From IMG/VR virus record IMGVR_UViG_3300046167_000572, positions 1 through 54,815 of that record: 54,815 nucleotides of DNA, one strand, 5' to 3'. A program made the position numbers and the translations under genes. Under the pieces are notes generated by a model. That model worked only from the letters and a program-made list of their open reading frames with translations, had not been told where the DNA came from and ran no database searches. Shown here piece after piece: positions 50,401 to 54,815 of the stretch. The stretch comes from a virus. Its lineage: Duplodnaviria; Caudoviricetes. Numbering within the stretch: position 1 is the first letter of the stretch; every line of letters starts with the position of its first letter.

Positions 50401-51634
50401 GGATTATCCTTTTGACTTCTTATAAAGTCTTTTACTTCTTGACTATAAACAACACCACCAGCCGATCTGGTTGCAGATATAGATCCTGAAGCCATTCCAG
50501 CAGACAGGGTGGTGTGACCAGCTATATCTACTAGAACCTCTCCAACAGATCTTCCTTCATACAGAGGATTGTTTTGATTGTCATATGCTGTTTTTAATTC
50601 TGACTCAAGATCAAACCAAACTGAATTATGCTCTTGTAGAAAGCTGTTAATATTCTCCATCCCAACATCAGCGGCAACTGTTATTAGATCGGTTTTAATT
50701 ATGTCTTTAATTGTTCCTCTTCCCTTGGGCGAAAGAAATCTCACAATTGGCACCACTTCCGTTCCAGCTTCTAGTATTCCATTTATGGTTGAATAGCCCA
50801 AAGCAGTTTCATGCGGCAATCCTTGCTGGACTGCCTCTGAGTATGAAGCAGCTGCGGTCTGTATACCAAAATATGAAAGAGTTGCACTTGTTACGGCTGG
50901 AGCAGCTGATCCACCACTAAGGTAATTTACAGCCATTCCCGTTCCTATAACAGCAATACTTTCAACTGCACTTGATATATCACTTCCGTAAGGACCCAGG
51001 TTGTTGTCAGCTCTTTTCTTTGCAATAGCTTTGTCAATTCGTTTAAATTCTTTTTGTGATTCTTCTTGAGCTTTTTTTAAATTATCATCAACAGCTTTTT
51101 TATATTTTGGATCGTTCTTGTATTCTATCTTTAGACCTGATCTGAAGCTGTGCGTTGTACATGTCGGCATACCCGCTTCCACCATAATCAATACCACCTA
51201 ACTGAGCTTCACCCTTTGCATACTTTGTTGCTTCTTCTGTTGAAACAATTGATGCAAAAGTAAAAACCTTTTCTGCCGCAGATTTTAAGTCTGTTGCCTT
51301 AATACCATCAAGTATATACTTTGTATTTTCAAAAGACTGTGTCAGGATATCTTTCTTCTGCTTCTTTTCCCCAGCTCAAGAACTAGGCTTAACGAAAACA
51401 TCTCCTATAAATCCAACGGCAGCACCTATTGGAGCTTCCATCAAAGTCAGAAGGAACTGGACCCGTTGCTGTTCTTTCTTAGGTATTCTTGCTCTTAAGG
51501 GGGTCTTCAAAGCTAAACTCTGAGGGCTTATCTTCTTGCGGTTTTTCAATATCAGGTGAGCCCAATAAAGAGTTTTCTTTTTCTAGTTCCTCGTCAAGTC
51601 CGAGAGGGTTGTTGAAGTCAAATGTATCTGCCAC
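44405..51634 (-). CDS. Giant ejected (internal virion) polyvalent protein, ~2,400 aa; broken by several apparent indels (~51200-51500 and ~49990)
   Basis: GTG at 51634 (VADTFDFNNPL) follows AAGG; the ORF pieces are contiguous; zincin motif 'IAHEMGHHIDF'; HhH-glycosylase-like block; LPD38-like C-terminus 'KIPDHEKERFMVIP...IPLPYGY'. Confidence 0.75.
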
Positions 51635-51637
51635 ACC

Positions 51638-53215
51638 TTAGTTTCCTATAGTTGAGTTTCTTTCTATAAAGGCTTCCATAAATGCAAGATACTCTGCATC
51701 GGTTGCATCTTCAAGACTTCTGCCATTGTAAGCTCTTTCGTATTGAATAGATGCGTCTTGTTTGTATTTATTATAGAGGTCTGCACCGTAGGTATCCTCA
51801 AGAATTGCATCCACATAGGATTTTGTTTTATCAAATGACATAGATACTGGTCCAAAACTATACATTGCTTTTTGTCCTGGTAGTCTTTTTTCAAGGTTTT
51901 CAAAAGCAGCATATGCGTTTTCAATATCGCCTGTTATTTTCTCTAAATTTAAATATTGTTTATGGTATTCTGCGGTCAAGGTATCTGCATTTTTTCCATC
52001 CTTGTATTCATATGTCTCGTCACCATACTCATCTGTTGTCTTTTGAATGTTTGATGTTGTTATTGGTGCTGGTAGATTATTGTAAAGATATTGCAGATAT
52101 TCACTTTCTCCCCCGTATTGCTCTTCAGAAAACTCAGTAGCTTTTTTAAGTGCTTCGCCCAGGGTTTTTGTTCTTTTATCTTTAGTTTTATTATAGATAT
52201 CTACTTTATTTTTCTTGTCAGCAGGCGAACCAGTAAGGCTAATACTGCCCTTAGATGCTTTCATTAAGGAGTTAAATGTTTCGGGACTCTGTATTAAATA
52301 CATAGCGAAGTCCTTCTCTGCGGAAACCTTGTCTACCATATCTGCAATAGAAACAACCTTGGCATCAGAACCTTCCTGATCTTCTTTTATGGTTTTTGCA
52401 TACTGTGCCTTGTCTGGCATAAAAGTAAACACATCCTCTGGCTCTGTTTGTCCTTCAAAAAGAACAGAATATGTTCCCCCGACCAAAGAGTTTGCAGATT
52501 CAGGTATGGGATCAAAGGCTCCTGAAAGCTTTACTCCCTGGATAACTCCCTTCCTTCCGTCTTTTGCAACAAAATCTTTTCCTTTAAATGTATCTAGGCT
52601 GTCTTTATATATGACGGAAAGAACATCTGAATGATCTCTTGCTATGCCCTCAAAATCACCAGACTCAAGTTGTGGGCTAATTTTTTCCCAGCCCTGCCAA
52701 TAGCTATCATCTAAGTATTTTGTCCAGTCGATGTATGGTCTTACTTGTGTTAACGAATCCTCCACCATGGATGCCCTTACGTCAATATCTATTGAAGCAT
52801 CGCCTGCAATTGCATATGTGTTCATTAAATTTGTAAAAGCTCTAGACTTTACTGCGTCATCTGTTTTAATTGCCTGTGCTGTTAGTTGCAAGTCTGTAAT
52901 TTCTAAATTATTTTTGTTTGTTTCAAGAAGCAAATCTGCATTTTGTTTTCTGTTGTTTGCTTGAGCAATAAATTCATCTGTTTCGGTTCTTGTTTTTTCT
53001 GCTCTTGCGGTTCTAAATTCTGTTTCAGATTCTATGCCTGCGATTCTTGTATCTTGAGTAGATTTTTTTTCTTCCAATTCAAACTGATAGCTTTCTTGTC
53101 TAAGCTTTTCTGTTTTTAATCTTTCTTCGTCTAAGAGTTTGTTCTGCTGCATTTCTGCAAACTTAGTATAATAGTTTAATCCCTGACTAAAACCTGTTCC
53201 AAATTCATTTGCCAT
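51638..53215 (-). CDS. Internal virion / ejection protein
   Basis: 'FGTGFSQG' N-terminus followed by coiled coil; lies in the ejection-gene cluster. Confidence 0.6.
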   Translation of the reverse strand: MANEFGTGFSQGLNYYTKFAEMQQNKLLDEERLKTEKLRQESYQFELEEKKSTQDTRIAGIESETEFRTARAEKTRTETDEFIAQANNRKQNADLLLETNKNNLEITDLQLTAQAIKTDDAVKSRAFTNLMNTYAIAGDASIDIDVRASMVEDSLTQVRPYIDWTKYLDDSYWQGWEKISPQLESGDFEGIARDHSDVLSVIYKDSLDTFKGKDFVAKDGRKGVIQGVKLSGAFDPIPESANSLVGGTYSVLFEGQTEPEDVFTFMPDKAQYAKTIKEDQEGSDAKVVSIADMVDKVSAEKDFAMYLIQSPETFNSLMKASKGSISLTGSPADKKNKVDIYNKTKDKRTKTLGEALKKATEFSEEQYGGESEYLQYLYNNLPAPITTSNIQKTTDEYGDETYEYKDGKNADTLTAEYHKQYLNLEKITGDIENAYAAFENLEKRLPGQKAMYSFGPVSMSFDKTKSYVDAILEDTYGADLYNKYKQDASIQYERAYNGRSLEDATDAEYLAFMEAFIERNSTIGN

Positions 53216-53217
53216 TT

Positions 53218-53676
53218 TTAATCAAATAACTTCTTAAGAAGATATCCTCCGCCTATAATTAATGCTGCCCATGGTGCTGCTGCTGCCAATGCTCCAGCTC
53301 CGCCTGCCGCGGCTGTTCCACCTGCTGCTGCTGTTCCTGCTGCTCCGCCTGCTGCTGCTGTTGTTCCACCCAACAAACCCATCTGTGCTGCTATTGGGTT
53401 TGCTGCTGCTGTTGCAGCGGCTGTACCTCCTGGCACTGATGACATTAATGCACCGCCTGCTACTTTTGAAGCACCACGCTTTGCTAGTAAAGACGCAGCT
53501 GTAATTCCCCCGCCAGTTCCAATGACATTCATTTGTGCAGCTTTCTTTTGTGCAGAAAGTTGCCTATTAATATTTTCTGTTTGCGTTTCTAATTGTGCGG
53601 ATCTGGTAAGACCAGCAAGAGCTTGCTCTTTTTGTATTCTACCAGCACCTATTAAACCACCTAGTCCTTTAGCCAC
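53218..53676 (-). CDS. Gly/Ala-rich ejection (pilot-like) protein
   Basis: A/G-rich with a C-terminal hydrophobic helix. Confidence 0.6.
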   Translation of the reverse strand: MAKGLGGLIGAGRIQKEQALAGLTRSAQLETQTENINRQLSAQKKAAQMNVIGTGGGITAASLLAKRGASKVAGGALMSSVPGGTAAATAAANPIAAQMGLLGGTTAAAGGAAGTAAAGGTAAAGGAGALAAAAPWAALIIGGGYLLKKLFD

Positions 53677-54160
53677 TTAATGTACTCCTTTGTGTCATAG
53701 CACTTCCAAGACCGCCAGATAGAATTTGTTGTCTTCTTTCCCCTGATCTCATTCGTGCAAAATTTCTTGCTGCTACTAACGCAGACGTTTCTGATCTTTG
53801 AAAATCTCCTTGGGACTCAGGTCTTAAATTAAGCCCATATCCTTGCTGTCTTCTTGTTTCCTGACCCCTTACATTAGCATACTGCTTTGCTACGGCTGAC
53901 TGTGCTCTGCCTATTTCTTCTTGTTGTAGTTCCTCAAAGCCTGTTGTCATTTGTGCTATAAGATCTTTTTCTACAGGAAAGAATCTATTCAAGTAATCTT
54001 GAAATTCTTGTTCATATAAATCCGAAAGAGTGTCTTGGGCTGATTGACTTCCGCTTCTAAAAGGATTTACATATAAATTATTATTTTGATTAAAATACCC
54101 ACCCTGTCCATACATAGAGTTACCAAACAGACCTTGAAAATTTCCGTAATTATTATCCAT
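53669..54160 (-). CDS. Putative internal virion protein
   Basis: Q/G-rich helical protein in the ejection cluster. Confidence 0.55.
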   Translation of the reverse strand: MDNNYGNFQGLFGNSMYGQGGYFNQNNNLYVNPFRSGSQSAQDTLSDLYEQEFQDYLNRFFPVEKDLIAQMTTGFEELQQEEIGRAQSAVAKQYANVRGQETRRQQGYGLNLRPESQGDFQRSETSALVAARNFARMRSGERRQQILSGGLGSAMTQRSTLSG

Positions 54161-54723
54161 TAACCCTTGCCTTTATAATAACCATAACCCAAACCAGCTG
54201 CTGTTCCTGCGGCACCTAGTGCAGAGGTGTAATCTCCCATGGATTCTTGTGCAATAGATTTTGCTCTTGACTGTGCAAGCTGACCGACATCGCCTAGACC
54301 TGACATAGCCTGACCAGCCTGTCCCTGACCCATTGCTACTATATTTTGCATGCCTTGATAGTATCTATCTAGCTGACCAGAAAGACCTTCAGCGGTCCCT
54401 CTTCCCATTCCTTGTGCTTGAGCTTGCTGCATTTGTGATGCTACTGCCTGATATTGACCGCTTGTTGGATCTGCTCCCATAGAGAATGCTCTTTGTTGCA
54501 TGTTTCTTCTTGCAGATTGAAACTCTGGTTGTTGGATTGCTGTGACAAAACTTTCTACATTAGAAAAAGCTGCATCGTCTTTCATAGAAAAAACATCTGA
54601 CATATATTGATTTTCTAAAGGTACATAATATTGTTGATAAAGATTAAACCTTTGTGCGGCTATAGAAGCTAACTTCTTCTGTGCTGCCGTATCTTTTACT
54701 TGTGTTGATCCGCCGCCTGACAT
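54160..54723 (-). CDS. Putative internal virion / ejection protein
   Basis: 'MSGGGS' N-terminus; Q/G/A-rich; C-terminal 'GAAGTAAGLG'; follows the GNAT-like gene. Confidence 0.6.
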   Translation of the reverse strand: MSGGGSTQVKDTAAQKKLASIAAQRFNLYQQYYVPLENQYMSDVFSMKDDAAFSNVESFVTAIQQPEFQSARRNMQQRAFSMGADPTSGQYQAVASQMQQAQAQGMGRGTAEGLSGQLDRYYQGMQNIVAMGQGQAGQAMSGLGDVGQLAQSRAKSIAQESMGDYTSALGAAGTAAGLGYGYYKGKG

Positions 54724-54815
54724 TATATTTTTTTCTCCACTATATATTGTTTAGTCTCGTAGCCCTGTTTTGATAATACAGTTGCCAATGCATTCCATGG
54801 TGTCCAAAGCTCTAC
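54723..54815 (-). CDS. C-terminal part of the GNAT-like gene starting at 312
   Basis: VELWTPWNALATVLSKQGYETKQYIVEKKI*; its TAA overlaps the ATG of the next gene. Confidence 0.7.
   Translation of the reverse strand, partial: VELWTPWNALATVLSKQGYETKQYIVEKKI

Noticed and set aside
49947-51634. Apparent non-coding gap at 51198-51637 and separate ORFs upstream of the 1865-aa ORF
   Set aside because: The region reads as coding from GTG 51634 with several indels, so it is treated as one error-broken gene.
40577-53443. Other CTGATGA occurrences (near 40577, 41599, 42255, 53435)
   Set aside because: They lie inside coding sequence and lack the stem II-GAAA-stem III-UH arrangement.
1-54815. tRNA genes or stop-codon reassignment
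   Set aside because: No tRNA cloverleaf was recognised by eye. Genes translate fully in the standard code, and the breaks are frame changes rather than in-frame stops.

Overview
This AT-rich window appears to be a complete, circularly permuted ~54.8 kb tailed-phage genome with a podovirus-like layout. It is probably marine and probably infects a Gram-negative host (inference). A GNAT-like gene reads in frame across the 54815/1 junction. Most genes are on the minus strand: rep and DnaB, small basic ORFs, terminase, portal, scaffold, capsid, adaptors, a ~2,470-aa modular tail fibre, a csgF-csgG-curlin-like-FecR-CHASE2/adenylate cyclase cassette, tail proteins and ejected proteins including a giant polyvalent protein. 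Two plus-strand operons interrupt this. One is an early-type island (31911-35270) with its own promoter and terminator. The other is a recombination/integrase operon (40268-44419). The standout feature is in the early island: three tandem type I hammerhead ribozymes with covarying stems punctuate consecutive genes. Each overlaps the upstream stop codon and is predicted to cut ~27-30 nt before the next start codon. All three share the stem I 3' strand UUAGUC, so the released single-gene RNAs could in principle circularise. Several essential genes carry single-base indels in short runs, most likely sequencing errors. All protein calls come from motif recognition by eye; no database search was run.
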